DNA of 64,000 bases from Octopus sinensis. Lineage: Eukaryota. The notes under the pieces are model-generated. The model was given only the letters and a program-made list of their open reading frames with translations, was not told the origin of the DNA and searched no databases. The number at the start of each line of letters is the position of its first letter. Positions within the stretch are counted from its first letter, which is position 1. A program made the position numbers and the translations under genes. The stretch covers positions 36,208,001 to 36,272,000 of the forward strand of contig NC_043006.1 in assembly GCF_006345805.1 (NCBI RefSeq), written 5' to 3'. Of the stretch, positions 12,521 to 26,706 are shown piece after piece.

Positions 12521-12567
<47 letters not shown>

Positions 12568-13021
12568 GTGTGTGTGTTTATCAGGCTAACTGTAAAGCAG
12601 AAACACTCGCAAAAAGTGAAATTTATTATTAGCATCCGATATCGCGAAGGACAGACTGCCCCCGCCAACACATACACACACACACACACTCACACACAAC
12701 AGACACACACACACACACACAGAGAGGAAGGAGGGAGGAAAATCAATAACAATCATGTGATACATAGCTGATGATGTAAGTTGTTATAAGTATTGATCTG
12801 TTTGGTAATGTGATTGATTCAACAGTGAATGTAGCCAATGTACGCTTTGATACGGCTGAAGGTGATTGGGAACTGTAAGAAAGAGAGAAAAGCGTCAGCA
12901 TAAAAGAGCTTCCGGCTTCTTGCTCACTGGTTTATGCAGAGAGTGCTGAATGAGCAGACGAGCTTACAAAGAAAGGAGAATATTAACATATGGGTTCAGC
13001 TTTATATGAAATCAGTATATT

Positions 13022-13184
13022 AGGCGCAGGAATGGCTGTGTGGTAAGTAGCTTAATTACCAACCACACTGTTTCGGGTTCAGTCCCACTGCGTGGTAGCT
13101 TGGGCAAGTGTCTTCTACTATAGCCTCGGGCCAACCAAAGCCTTGTAAGCGGATTTGGTAGACGGAAAGTGAAAGAAGCTCGTC

Positions 13185-13231
<47 letters not shown>

Positions 13232-13388
13232 GAGAGAGAGAGAGTGTGTGTGTGTGTGTTAGTGTGTGTGTGTGTGGTTGTGTGTCTATGTTTGTCCCCA
13301 ACATAGCTTGACAACCGATGGTGGTGTGTTTACGTCCCCGTAACTTAGCGGTTCGGCGAAAGTGACCGATAGAATAAGTACTAGGCTT
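13022..13388 (+). mobile_element. tRNA-derived SINE family B with CORE-like segment and internal microsatellite
   Basis: GGCGCAGGAATGGCTGTGTGGTAAG (A box), GGGTTCAGTCCC (B box), CTTGGGCAAGTGTCTTCT (CORE-like). Further copies at about 14880-15250(+), 16788-16960(-), 41685-42075(-), 46930-47320(+), 47450-47580(+), 56380-56500(+), 58240-58560(-), 59690-59810(+) and 61080-61320(-). Confidence 0.8.
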
Positions 13389-13404
13389 TATTTTCTCTTA
13401 TTCC

Positions 13405-13438
13405 TTTCTGTTGAAGAGCGTACGCTCGAAACGTAAAA
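13405..13438 (+). ncRNA. Hammerhead-like motif with A6U core variant, in a Penelope-like tail (13390-13525)
   Basis: UUU|CUGUUGA|A|GAGCG-UA-CGCUC|GAA|ACGU|A|AAA. Confidence 0.5.
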
Positions 13439-13538
13439 TATTCTTTTTCCTGAGCATCAAACTAATACAGTTACTTGTTCGTACAACTGTCTTCGTCTTT
13501 TGCTTTTCTATAAATTTCAAAACTATATCTATCTATCT

Positions 13539-13622
<84 letters not shown>

Positions 13623-13916
13623 ATAATACAAAGGGTAAAATTAATTAAGAAGTAATCAGTTATTTCACCAAGTAGAATTCGGCATGAAAAAGACCATTTC
13701 ATGGTAAGCTTAAGTAATACTATAATTAGGGTTCAGCAAAGATTGCACTTCACATACCGAAGTTTAGAAATAGCAGTCAAAAAATCTTAGCTATTCCTTC
13801 TACTTTAAAAGGGGCTCACAGAAAAACCAAGCAAATTGGGAAGCAAATTTCTCAATGACAGAGCTAGTCTGCACTTATTATCCACGCCTGTGCCTACACA
13901 TACCCAAATCTATTTA

Positions 13917-14218
13917 ACTGGCACCCCGTCGGTTACGACGACGAGGTTTGCAGTTGATCCAAGCAACGGAACGGCCTGCTCACGAAATTAACGGGCATGT
14001 GGTTGAGCACTCCACAGACACGTGTACCCTTAACGTAGTTCTCGAGGAGATTCAGCATGAGACAGAATGTGACAAAGCCAGTTCTTTTGGCAGCCGAGTG
14101 GACTGGAGTAAAAAGAAATAAGATGGTTGCTCAAGAACACAGCGCGCCGCCGGAAATCGAACTCACGACATCACGATCGTAAGCTGAATGCCCTAACCAC
14201 TAAATCACACGCCTTCAC
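13917..14218 (-). mobile_element. tRNA-derived SINE family C, near full length
   Basis: Head GTGAAGGCGTGTGATTTAGTGGTTAGGGC...GAGTTCGATTTCC; body shared with 37246-37560. Confidence 0.75.
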
Positions 14219-14679
14219 ACAAACACACACCACACACACACACCACACACACACACACGCACGCACGCACGCACGCACACACACATGAACGCAGGAACAA
14301 ACGCAGAAAGAGACAAGCCTTTCGCTCTCCTGTTTGCACAAGTATGCAGAACATAGAAAAGTCAAGTAGTCAAGTAGACAGTGTTTCGTTACTACAGATC
14401 CTGTCTAATTAAGCACGCAATGCTGCCATATTAATTATCTAATCATCATATTGAGTCCAAATGGCACCGCATCTTAATAAGATAAAAACCAAAGACACAA
14501 GGGCTGTTGAAAGACTTGTCTCAGTTAATGAGATAATTTTTAACGTATTTGTTCGTCTAGCAGTGATCACAGCTATTTATATTGATGTGTTGCATGACCA
14601 GCAATCACTAAGCTGATACTATCTATTAATGTGTGTGCACGCACGCTTTTGTATGTGTGAGTTACACACACACACACAC

Positions 14680-14727
<48 letters not shown>

Positions 14728-15051
14728 GAGTGTGTATGGTGTGTGGATACGCACAGCCACACATATATATATATTTATATATATATATATGTATCATACA
14801 TATATATATCATACATATATGTATATATCATACATATATGATATATGTAGAAATATGCGCGGTCGTGGTTGTATGTAATAGGCGCAGACGTGGTTGAGTG
14901 GGGAGAGCTATGCTTCCAGTCAAATGGTTCTGGGTTCAGTCTCACTGAGTGGCACCTTGGACAAGTTTCTTCTGCTACAACTCCTACCGAAGGCTTCCAA
15001 GTGGATTTGGCAAACGGAATTTGAACGAAGCCTGTCGTGTGTATAGATGTG

Positions 15052-15139
<88 letters not shown>

Positions 15140-15254
15140 TGTGTGTGCGTGTGTGTATCTTTGAGCTTGTCCTTCACCATAGCTTGACACTTGGTGTTGG
15201 ATTGTTTACATCCCCGTAACAGTCCGTCAAAATGAAACCAATCGAATAAGTCGT

Positions 15255-15462
15255 CGTTATCTATCGATACGCTTGCAGCGCATCGATGACACAACCACGA
15301 AAGTCTTCACCGATTCAGTTCTCCAGCTGCCTTGGTACTCTCGTTCAACCGGCTCGGGATATTGTCCAGCCATTGCGTTCTTTGCTTGCCTCTTGGTCTG
15401 ATTGCCCTTTACTCTTCTTTCCAGGAGTAATGCTTTACAGACCTCATCATGCTTTTTAAAAA
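15255..15462 (-). pseudogene. RTE-clade LINE 3' end
   Basis: KALLLERRV/IRPRGKQRTQWLDNI matches the RTE C-terminal G.RPRGRQR..WLD.I motif; short (GAC)n tail. Confidence 0.65.
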
Positions 15463-15600
15463 GAGGATAACTACTGGGCTCGATTTCTTCGACAAAAATT
15501 CTTCAAGGTGGTGCTGCAGCATGACCGCAGTCTGATACTTGAAACAAGTAAAACAAGTAAAACAAGTAAAAAAAGAATAAAATGTATTATATACACACAT

Positions 15601-15657
<57 letters not shown>

Positions 15658-15818
15658 CATATATCATTTAACGTCCGTTGGCCATGCTGGGATGGGTTGG
15701 ACGGTTTGACTAGGACTGGCAAGCTGGAAGGCTGCACCAAACTCCAGTCTGATTTGGCATGGTTTCTACGGCTGGATGTCCTTCTTAACGCCAACCATTC
15801 TGATTGGTGATTGGAAAG

Positions 15819-16143
15819 TTAATTATTTATTACTAATAGCAAATTAATCATCATCCTTTACAGCTGTTTCAATTAATGCTCAGTAAATATTAAGTAAATA
15901 TTAAATTTATATGACCTGAGCATATCTTGAGAGGGACAAAATATACTCATAGATGTTTTATATGTATTTATGGATTCATTATAGCTATAAGCACATATAA
16001 AACATCCAAGCGTATATTTTTTTCCCTCTGAAAATATTATGGTCAGGTCACATAAATGTAATACTTACTTAGTATTTACTGAGTATTAATTGAAACAGCT
16101 GTAAGGGATGATGATTAATTAGCTGTTAATAATAAACAATTAA
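15819..16143. mobile_element. Imperfect 325-bp palindromic MITE
   Basis: AATTAATCATCATCCTTTACAGCTGTTTCAATTAATGCTCAGTAAATA is mirrored at the other end; centre near TTATAGCTATAA (about 15985). Confidence 0.75.
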
Positions 16144-16391
16144 TTTCTCAATCTCCATTTTCTTTTTCTTCTCTTATATATATATATAAGATGGATAGAT
16201 AGATGGATGTACATGTGTGTGCGTGTGCGCGCCTGAGTTGGTGTCACCTTGTTTTGGCATTGCGTCATAGCTGTGTGTGTCCTTCCGCGAAAACCATTCT
16301 GACCAGGAAACAGTTGGGGGTTGTCGACGTGTAAGGTATCCAACAGAAAAATAATGTGGCTCCAGCCAGGGAAAAGTAGATGTTAAAAACG

Positions 16392-16444
<53 letters not shown>

Positions 16445-16989
16445 ACGTCGTTTATATATACACATATATATACATATACACGCACATATTCACCCACAGA
16501 CGTATACATATATTTATACGTACATTGTACATACATACATATCAAATATAAATTAGAAACAGAACAGAAAGGATATCGCGGTACACGTGCTTCAAGCTTT
16601 ATAAACAATCCGTTATTACATCAGTGTATTATTAAACATTGTTAGTCCAAAGAATTACATGTACGTACGTCGATAACCCTCACCTCTTTCCTGGTCAGAA
16701 TGGTTTTCACGGAAGGTTGGAAACGGAGGAAACTAACAACTATAACGCAATATCAAAAGAAAGCGGCACCAATGCACACACACACATACGACGGGAAGCT
16801 TTTCAGTTTCTGTATTCGAAATACACTCACAAAGCGTTGGTAAGCACAGAGCTATAGTGGAAGATACCTGAGTAAGATGTCACACAGTGGGAGTGAACTC
16901 GGAACACGTGAACATGTGGTTGGAAACAAGGTACTTAACCACATAGCCATGCTTGCACCCAACGCACACACACACAGAGGAAAGGTAAT

Positions 16990-17590
16990 GCTAGCGATTA
17001 GCATCGTTGGCAATGGTAAGATAAATTGTACAGATAGGCAATTGGAAAGATTGGCGTGGGGAATGGCAACGGTTAGTTTTACAGATTAGCATTCGGAATG
17101 GCAAAGGTAACGATTATCGTCGGGAATAGGAACTGCAGTGGTAACGATTAACATCAAGAATGAGAAGGGTAATGATTAACGTCGGGAATGAGCACTGCAA
17201 TGATAATGACTAGGATCATATAGGCAATAGCAAAAATTTGCGTCGGGAATACTACAGTAGAGATAAGCGTCGAGAAAACAATAATATTCATCAGTGTTGG
17301 GAATGGCATAGGTAACAATTAGCGTCAGCAATGATAATGGCAACAATTAGCGTTGGGAATGGTAATAGTAGCTATTAGCGTCACGAATGACAATGGTATT
17401 GATTAGTGACGGGAACGGCAATACTAATGACTGAGGTCAAGAAAATCAATAGTAAAGATTAGAAATGAGAAGAGCAATGATGCAAATTAGTGTTGAGAAG
17501 GTGATGGTAAAGATTGGCGTCGGATATGGCAATGATAACAATTAACGTCGGGTATGGCAATGGTAAAAATTAGCGCCGAGCAAGGCAATA
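16990..17590. repeat. Diverged 28-bp minisatellite, about 20 copies
   Basis: Consensus about ATTAGCGTCGGGAATGGCAATGGTAACR; unit starts at 17318, 17346, 17374, 17402, 17430, 17458 and 17486. Confidence 0.8.
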
Positions 17591-17681
17591 TACATGTTTC
17601 ATATATATTAATAACGTTTATATTTATATGTGTGTGTGTGTATACATACACACACACACACATACACACACACACACACAC

Positions 17682-17725
<44 letters not shown>

Positions 17726-18988
17726 CATACATACATATATATACACGCACACACGTACGTGTGTGTGCGTGATGGCTGTCTTCTCGTTGGACGAGCGTGA
17801 CCATCACTGATACATGTAAGAGTTTAAAGTTGATGGCGATTTATACAACATCACAAGTCTCACAAGCAATACCAAGGAACTCAGAGACAAGCAAAGTGAA
17901 AAATACCCGGCTCAGCAGAGCAGCAGGTTTTGCATACAAGTTAGTCTTCTCCGAGAGGGGTGCCTTAACAAAGACCAGGGGTCCTTCACTCTCAGTGAGC
18001 TTACTGCACCCTCGTACACCAACTTAACTATAGTGAGAGAGGGAAAGCATGAGAATGAGTGAGAGAGGGAAAGCATGAGAATGAGTGAGAAAGGGCGAAA
18101 GAGTTGGAAAGATTGAGAGAGGCATACATTTCTGTTGTTGTGTGTCAGTGTTTCTAAGTAAATCTGTGAGCATATGTATAGCTGGCTATTTCTCATCTTT
18201 CTAGTTGCTTTGTATATAATTTAATTTTCTCAACTAACGAATTCTTATTGTATATACATACATGAGTATGTACATAGATACATGTATATGCACATACATA
18301 TGTCTATACATACACTTATATATACATGTGTGCATACACACAAACACACACATATATTTATATATATATGTATATATATTATACATATGTATATATGTTT
18401 GTACATGTGTATATTCATACACGTACTTATGTATAAATATATAGTGAGAGAGTGTGTGAGAAGAAAAGAGAGAGAGAAAGAAAGAGAGGGGAGGAGAGAG
18501 AGAGAGTGAGAGTGAGAGAGAGAATGAGAGAGAGAGAGAAAGAGAACTAAGTTGGCTTGTGCCATTTTCAATTTGAAATTTTTTCTCAAAACAATTTTAA
18601 TTCCAAAGTGCTCAAAATCTCTATAGAAAATGTTCGGTTCAATGAAACTAAAAGCAGACAAGATAATTAAATAAGATTTAACCCCTCGACACCCACCCCC
18701 ACCCCCACCCCCACGTCCCTTGTAGAAACAATGCAACTAGAACCCAACCTCCCCAACTCGACCATCCTATAACCACCACTACTACCACCACTGCTGCCGT
18801 CACCACCATTACATTGTAGCCATAGCTTACATCTTAACACTATTCCTCATCACTTTAGTATTAGCATCTCTCCATCTTCATCACCACCACATCACCATTC
18901 ACCAAAATCACAATCAGCACCACCAAAAACAGACACAAACACTGCCATTTCCAATACTGGTTCATCTACTTCAGTTCTAGTATTGCAG

Positions 18989-19034
<46 letters not shown>

Positions 19035-19058
19035 CACTACTACTACTACTACAACAAT

Positions 19059-19116
<58 letters not shown>

Positions 19117-19170
19117 GTTAACTCCATTGCCAGCCACCAACACTCTGAGCCTAAAAGGAAACATTTAGAC

Positions 19171-19319
19171 CAGTGATGGGTAAACACTGTGGCCCACGGG
19201 ACTTTCTGGTTGGCACATCTAAGGAAAAATTATTTTCAATTCTTTTTAGAAGTGCAGCCCTCTTTATGATGCTTTACGCCTCATACAGCCCACTTCTTGA
19301 AAAAGGTTGCCCCTACATG
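19171..19319. mobile_element. hAT (Charlie-like) MITE, degenerate
   Basis: Starts CAGTGATGGGTAAAC, ends AGGTTGCCCCTACATG; flanks ATTTAGAC / ATCTAGAG fit the NTCTAGAN target. Confidence 0.5.
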
Positions 19320-20727
19320 ATCTAGAGAGCCATTCGACCTGCCAGAAACAGCAGCTAATTCTTTCTTTCAAATCACATCCATAAAGTGATTTTTTTTTCT
19401 TTTGTAAGGACACATTTGATAATGTAGTCCAAGATATACTATAATTGAGTCAAAGATGGAATGATTAAGGCCGTACAAAGGCTACAACAGGACCAACTTC
19501 AGACTAACATCACCACCACTACTGCTGCTGCGGCTGCTACTGCTGCTGCTGCTACTACTACTACTACTACTACTACTACTAACTACCACCACTACTACTC
19601 CTGCTGCTGCTGTTTCCATTGCCACTATCACACTGAGCACAAAAGGAAGCTTCTAGACCATCAGTTCTCAACCATGGCTCCTAGGAACACATTCGGCCCT
19701 CAAGCAGCCTTCTGGTGGCCCTCAACAGTCTTCCCTCTATAAATATGATAGATTTTTCTTTAATTGACTTGTATTTCATATTTTTTGTTGCAGCCCTCTA
19801 AAAAAAATCCAGGTTTGGGACCTGGTCCAGATATTAAGAAGGTAAAGAAGTACTGTTCTAGACAGTCATTCGACCAGCTAGAAATAGCAGTTAATTGATG
19901 ATGCTAGCTAGTATCCTAAAGTCTTTTCAAGGACACTAGCTAACAGTATCACCAACACCACCATCATAACAGCTGCCTCCACCCTCATCATAGCACATTG
20001 CCATTCAAACAATGTTGCATTACCACCACCAACATTGCCATCTCCACAAACCTTCTCCACCACTACAACCATTATCATCACAACAAGCATCATTATTGCC
20101 ACTCCACCTCATCTATCAACACCACCACCACCACCACTATGTTACTAGTAGAATTACCATAACTATCATTACTACTAACACCATCTCTACACTCATCATT
20201 GCCTCCATTACCACCATTCCCACTGGCATCAGCAATACCATCACCACCGCTGCTGCCCTCACCACCACCACAACCACTCTCCCCATCACCACCACCACCA
20301 CCACCACTGCCCTCACCACCATCACTACCACCACTACCACAACTACCCTCACCATCACCACTACAACCACCACCACCATCGCCGCTGCCGCCACCCTCGC
20401 CAACACTAACAACAACTAACTTAACCGTAATACCACTGAGAAAATAGTTGATAAAACACCTACATCAGTCGTCCTGTCACTTGTAATTGTTCTCTCTGAT
20501 CAATGAATCGTGAGTGGATGCATTTGACTCTGCACAAATGCACACAGATTAGTGTGTTTGTGTGTGTTTGTTTGGAAATGTGTGCAGCATATGTATGCAT
20601 GTGTGTGTGTATAGACAGATGTAAACATGCAAGTAGATGTACACACATGCATACACACACACACATGTATGTATGTATGTATGTAGCTATCTATCTATCT
20701 ATCTATATACATATAATATATATATAT

Positions 20728-20759
<32 letters not shown>

Positions 20760-20915
20760 ATATTATATATATATATATTATATATATATAATATATTATA
20801 TATATATATATAGATATATATATATATATATATTATATTTATGTATGTATGTATATATGTATATATGTATGTATGTAGCTATCTATCTATCTATCTATCT
20901 ATCTATCTCTCTCTC

Positions 20916-20964
<49 letters not shown>

Positions 20965-21593
20965 ATGTATGTATTATGTATGTATGTATGTATGTATGTA
21001 TGTATGTATTTATCTAAAATATAAATTGGACATGGATGATCGTGGTATTCTTTCTTGTCTTGAGGTTCACAGCCAAACGGTTGGGTGGATCTGCATGAAA
21101 AATGGTACACATGTGGAGACGGGTATATAGATTGGAATGTGGTTTGTATTTTTTTCCTATCCATCATTGTTACCAAGAAAATCGATTAAAACTTTTTTCT
21201 AATGGAATTCCCCCCTTTGTTCCACAGCTGGCATATACCATTTCGCTAGCAACAAGGGGAGTACAGGATGACAGTCAGCCAAAACTTTTGCTATGCTGTC
21301 TCTTTTCTTTCACCTCTTTGTGGGGTTAATAATCTTAATCTTTAGTTACAGTTTCTCATTCAAACTACATAATAGGCAGAATTGTCGAATTAAGACAGTA
21401 GGGTGTTTTGAGGGAAATTTAGCTGCTATTTCTACCAGGTATAGCTATCATGTAGAGGTCTGAACTTAATTTTCATTCACATATTTGCATTTCAAACATT
21501 TAACATAAGCTTTTCCATAAATCAACTATCATAAACACATACACATGCGCAAGCACGCACGCACACACACACGCATACACAGATACACACACA

Positions 21594-21689
<96 letters not shown>

Positions 21690-22072
21690 CATTTAATGTA
21701 TCTTCTTTCAATTTCTGCTCTCTGCAAATAAAATTTTTACAGATACAACTACTTACAAAAATAGGGATTAATGTATAATTTTGTTCTATGTTCATAATTA
21801 AATCAATGTTTTAATGATTAGACAGAGGTCCAATAGAATAGCTCTCAGAAACAGACTACATACAAATTCGTTCTTCACAACTCCTGAAGCTGTTTTCTGA
21901 CAAAGGGGTAGTCAGGAAATTTTCATACAGCTGAAAGCTCCAATCGAAACAGGGGACCCAAAATGATAAGGTTGAGAAACGCTATTATAGATTATGCCTA
22001 ACCGAAAATGATCACAGCCACATCATCCAAACACTCCGGTTAAATCAGGCTTAGATGCTAGTGTATATATAT

Positions 22073-22103
<31 letters not shown>

Positions 22104-23600
22104 GTATGTAGTATGTATGTATGTATGTATGTATGTATACTATATATATATGTATATTATAGATCTATATATATATATATGTATGTATGTATGTATGTAT
22201 GATGTATGTATGTATACATATATATATGTATAATAGACTATCTATATATAATATCAATATGTATGTATGGATTATGTATGTATGTATGCATGTATATATA
22301 TATATATATGTATAGTACATACAATATACATGCACACAATATGTAGAAATATGTATATGTGTATGTGTGTGTCTATGTGTGTTTGCATGGATACAAACAT
22401 ACATGCACATAGATATGTATCAGGTGAGGGAATATGGATGCACTCATGTATGTGCATGCACATGTGCATATCTACATGTTTCCATACATGCATATGTACA
22501 CATGTGCATCAATTTACTCTATTATAGCTGTCCCATTGCACTTTGCAGAATATCTCCTTGTCTTCTTTAATCTTCCCCCACCCCCACCCCCCCACCATCT
22601 TTCCATTTTCAATTCATTTACCAATAATTTTATTATTACTTAATGGGAACATTTATATTCATATATTTACTTATTTTCTTCTTAAAGTCTCCCTTTAGAA
22701 TTTACAAAATTTCTCCATTCCTCTCTTCTGGTTACTTTTAAAAAGATTACCCATAATTCCCTTCTGCTAATCTATTATCAATATTATCACATTTCTTGAT
22801 GTGAATCCATGTGTTGAAACCTATTTTCTTGTATTATGGGAAGGCCATTATGCTAATAAACACACACACACAGAAGTTTTTACTTCACTTAACTTCTTTA
22901 TTATTTATTTATCAATTGGTTTGATATTTAACTCTTTAGCATTCAGATTATTCTGTCAAATGTAATGCTTATTTATTCATACTGCTTTAAATTAATCAGG
23001 CATTATCTCATGACTTTTAGATTTCACTGATGTGGTTGTTTATTTTAAGAATGACACAGTAGGGTATGTAGTGACTATTTATTTTTCTGAATGACATTGT
23101 AAGGTAGGTGTGAGAGGCCAGATTTGGGCCTTGTGCCTAGAGTAGAAAAGAACAGTGGAGTCCACCAAACTATAAACATGCAGCATGAATAATTACACCT
23201 CATAACTGTAATCAAGGATAATAATTATTTTTTAATATTTTAATAGGTACAAAGGCAGTGAACTGACAGAATTATTAGCACATTGATCAAAATGCTTAGT
23301 GGCATCTCACCCATCTTTATGTTCTGAGTTCAAATTCTGTCATGGTCAACTTTGCCTTTCATTCTTTTAGGGTCAATGAAATAAGTAACCAGTTGAGCAT
23401 TTGTGTTGATGTATTCAACTTACTCACTGTCCCCTAAATTTCTGGCCTTTTACCAAAATTTGAAACCAATATTTTAATAGGTGCAGACATAGCTGTGTGG
23501 TTAAGAAGCTCGCTTTGAAACCATATATAAAGAGCCAGACAGACAGACAGGCAGGCAGGCAGACACACATAGAGATATATAGATAGATAGAGAGAGAGAG

Positions 23601-23636
<36 letters not shown>

Positions 23637-23737
23637 TACAGACATACAAACAGACAAATAGAGAGAGAGATAGACAGATAGACAGATACATAAATAGATA
23701 GGTAAGTAGACAGACAGACAGATAGATAGATAGATAA

Positions 23738-23786
<49 letters not shown>

Positions 23787-23860
23787 AGATGATAGATAAT
23801 AGATAGATAGATAGACAGACTGACAGACAGACAGACAGATAGATACATAGATAGATAGAA

Positions 23861-23893
<33 letters not shown>

Positions 23894-23904
23894 TATATAT
23901 ATAA

Positions 23905-23953
<49 letters not shown>

Positions 23954-24286
23954 GCATTTCATACCACCACAAAAACTTACCCCATTTCATACAAAAAACC
24001 TTACATTCAAACATATAGACTGGATGCCTCTTTGCCTTCTTGGAAATATATACCATTATTCCCAGCCCCTTTCTATTTACAAACACCCTGATCCCAGAAA
24101 GAAAACCCTCACAATTTTCCATTATAGACTTATTAGGGTTAGAATATCAACCAGACCTCCGAGAAGCTACTTTTGCATAATACCCCTTTTATCTAATGGA
24201 CAAAGATTTGTTCTTTTGTATTTTGCTAAGCTATGAACATGTCCCATCAGATTTGTTATCCAATTTCATTATCCTCCACACACACA

Positions 24287-24329
<43 letters not shown>

Positions 24330-24521
24330 CACACACCACATAGATTTTTCATTTTATCTCAGTTAGTCACAATTCCATATTGTCTAATGGAAAATTTATT
24401 TATCTATTTTGCTATGTAACTATATATTATTATTTTCATGAATTTTTAAAAACTGTTTCACATACACACACACACACATCTGTATATATGCCTATATTTA
24501 TACACACATATATATAAATAT

Positions 24522-24574
<53 letters not shown>

Positions 24575-24607
24575 GTGTAGTATATATATATAATATATGT
24601 ATATATA

Positions 24608-24639
<32 letters not shown>

Positions 24640-24845
24640 ATATATATATATATATACATATATATACACACAAAAAATAGGGGATAATGCACAGAGAAAT
24701 CTGAAATATCAATGATATTGTTTCTTTTCTAGATTTATTGATAGATACACACACATACACAAACACATAGACACACATATATATATATATATACACACGC
24801 ATATATTCATTCATGTGTATACACCACATATATACACACATGTGT

Positions 24846-24906
<61 letters not shown>

Positions 24907-25508
24907 TATGTATGTATGTGGTGTGTGTGTGTGTGTGAGTGTGCATTAAACTCCTACCTTTGAATTGTAAAACTATCCTCATTTTCTAGTCTGTTTTAGA
25001 TTTTTCTCTATCTTTTTATATTACCCATAATTCCCTTTTATATTTAATAAGGAATTTCTATTATTCTTTGATTATATTCTCTTATAAATTTTACTTTCTT
25101 TGTTAATGTTGTTGTTGTTGTTGCTGCTGCTGCTGCCGCAGTTTATTCTAGTCTTTTCCTTTTTTTTAAAATTCCATCTCCTCTACCCCCATCTATCACA
25201 AGTATTGTCATTATACTTTATTTCTTTTCTTTCTTTCTTTTTTCCTTCTTTCTTTCTGTCTTTTTATCTATTTTTACTTATTGTTTTATATCTATTTAAT
25301 TGATTATTTTTTTTGCCTGCTCACATATCCTATGGAATACATTTTAAAAGTTATTTGGACAGTTTTGACATGTAGATTTATAATCAGCAGCTTCCTTTTC
25401 CTCTCCTCCTCCGCCACATCATCATCATCATCACCACCACTAACATTATCATCTACATCATCATGGTTGTCATCATCATCATCACCACCATCACCACCAC
25501 CACCACCA

Positions 25509-25540
<32 letters not shown>

Positions 25541-26101
25541 CCACCACCACCACCACTACCACCACTATCATCATCATCATCATCATCATCTCAACTCATT
25601 ATCACCACTAACATTATCATCTACATCGTCATGGTCCTCATCATTATCATCATCATTGTCGCTGTCGTCATTGTCATCATCATCATCATCATCATCTTCA
25701 TCATTGTCATCATCCCTATCCTCATGACCATCACTACCATCACCACTACAACTACCACCACCATGATTAACACTACTACTACGCACCACCACCACCAGCT
25801 TTAATAGCAATACCAACACCAACAACATCACCACCATTACCACAACCACCAGTATTATCCTCACCATCATCATAATCATATATCAGACGATGAGATTGAT
25901 GAAGGAACATCAGAAATTCAGTTTAATTCATTTATAGAGCAACCTGAACATTCACATCTTTTGTCAATGTTTAGTGAAAGATATAAACATTTGAAGCTAC
26001 AGGACAGTGGTTCCTTTTCACTACCAAGGATCCCTTTCATTTAAATGAGTTTTCCCATGGTCCCCTTTTAATACGCTTATCCTTTGGTGTGTGTGTGCGT
26101 G

Positions 26102-26124
<23 letters not shown>

Positions 26125-26135
<11 letters not shown>

Positions 26136-26433
26136 TGTTCCTTCTCAAGCAATGCCTGGCTCATAAGGGTCGGTTTCCCGGTTTCCTTGGCATATAGGTT
26201 CCTCACCTGGGTGGGACACCGGTCTGTCACAGGTGAGCTGCAAGATGCAGGAGGAAAGAGTGAGAGAAAGTTGTGGCGAAAGAGTCAGCAGAAGTTCATC
26301 ATTACCTTCTGCTGGAGCCACGTGGAGCTTAGGTGTTTCACTCATAAACATACACATTGCCAGGTCTGAGATTCGAACCCGCAATCCCTCGACCGTGAGT
26401 CCACTGCTCTAACCACTAGGTCATGTGCCTCCA
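26125..26433 (-). mobile_element. tRNA-derived SINE (family D)
   Basis: Head GTGGAGGCACATGACCTAGTGGTTAGAGC...GGGTTCGAATCTC; 3' end GAGAAGGAACAAACAACAA. Confidence 0.7.
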
Positions 26434-26444
26434 CATGTATGTAT

Positions 26445-26706
26445 ATATACAGTTCTATATTTAAGAGATGAGGAACTATGTAGATTATTTACATTATTTA
26501 CATTCGATTCCAGGTAGTGACCTGAATAATAATAATAATAATAATAATAAGATGATGATAATAACATCGAAAAATACCTTAGGAATAAGAACCCAAGTTC
26601 GAAATTTCCCCAAGACACCTGATGAAGGCTGGAGAGTATATCAGCCAAAATGTTGTGTTAACAACAAACAAGATGAGGACATCTGTCAAATGTAAATAAT
26701 GTAAAT
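26445..26706 (+). mobile_element. Penelope-like tail with inverted terminal fragment and decayed hammerhead (26615-26658)
   Basis: ACAC|CUGAUGA|A|GGCUG...CAGCC|AAAAU|GUU|GUGU (G12A, C15.2U). ATTTACATTATTTACA near 26490-26503 is the inverse of TGTAAATAATGTAAAT at 26691-26706. Confidence 0.6.

Noticed and set aside
13022-13095. tRNA gene candidates (also 1530-1605, 14140-14218 and 26360-26433)
   Set aside because: A/B boxes are present but no complete cloverleaf; they are continuous with SINE bodies
16289-16717. About 55-bp inverted repeat pair resembling MITE TIRs
   Set aside because: Two oppositely oriented fragments of a dispersed repeat also seen at about 58860-59130; no TSD
16990-17590. 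CRISPR-like array
   Set aside because: Contiguous tandem units without unique spacers, in a eukaryotic context with no cas genes
17820-18063. About 80-codon open frame without ATG (FKVDGDLYNITSL...)
   Set aside because: No acceptor or donor support and no recognised homology; it runs into a purine repeat
23424-24122. 232-aa ORF (YLSI repeats)
   Set aside because: (TAGA)n/(GACA)n microsatellite
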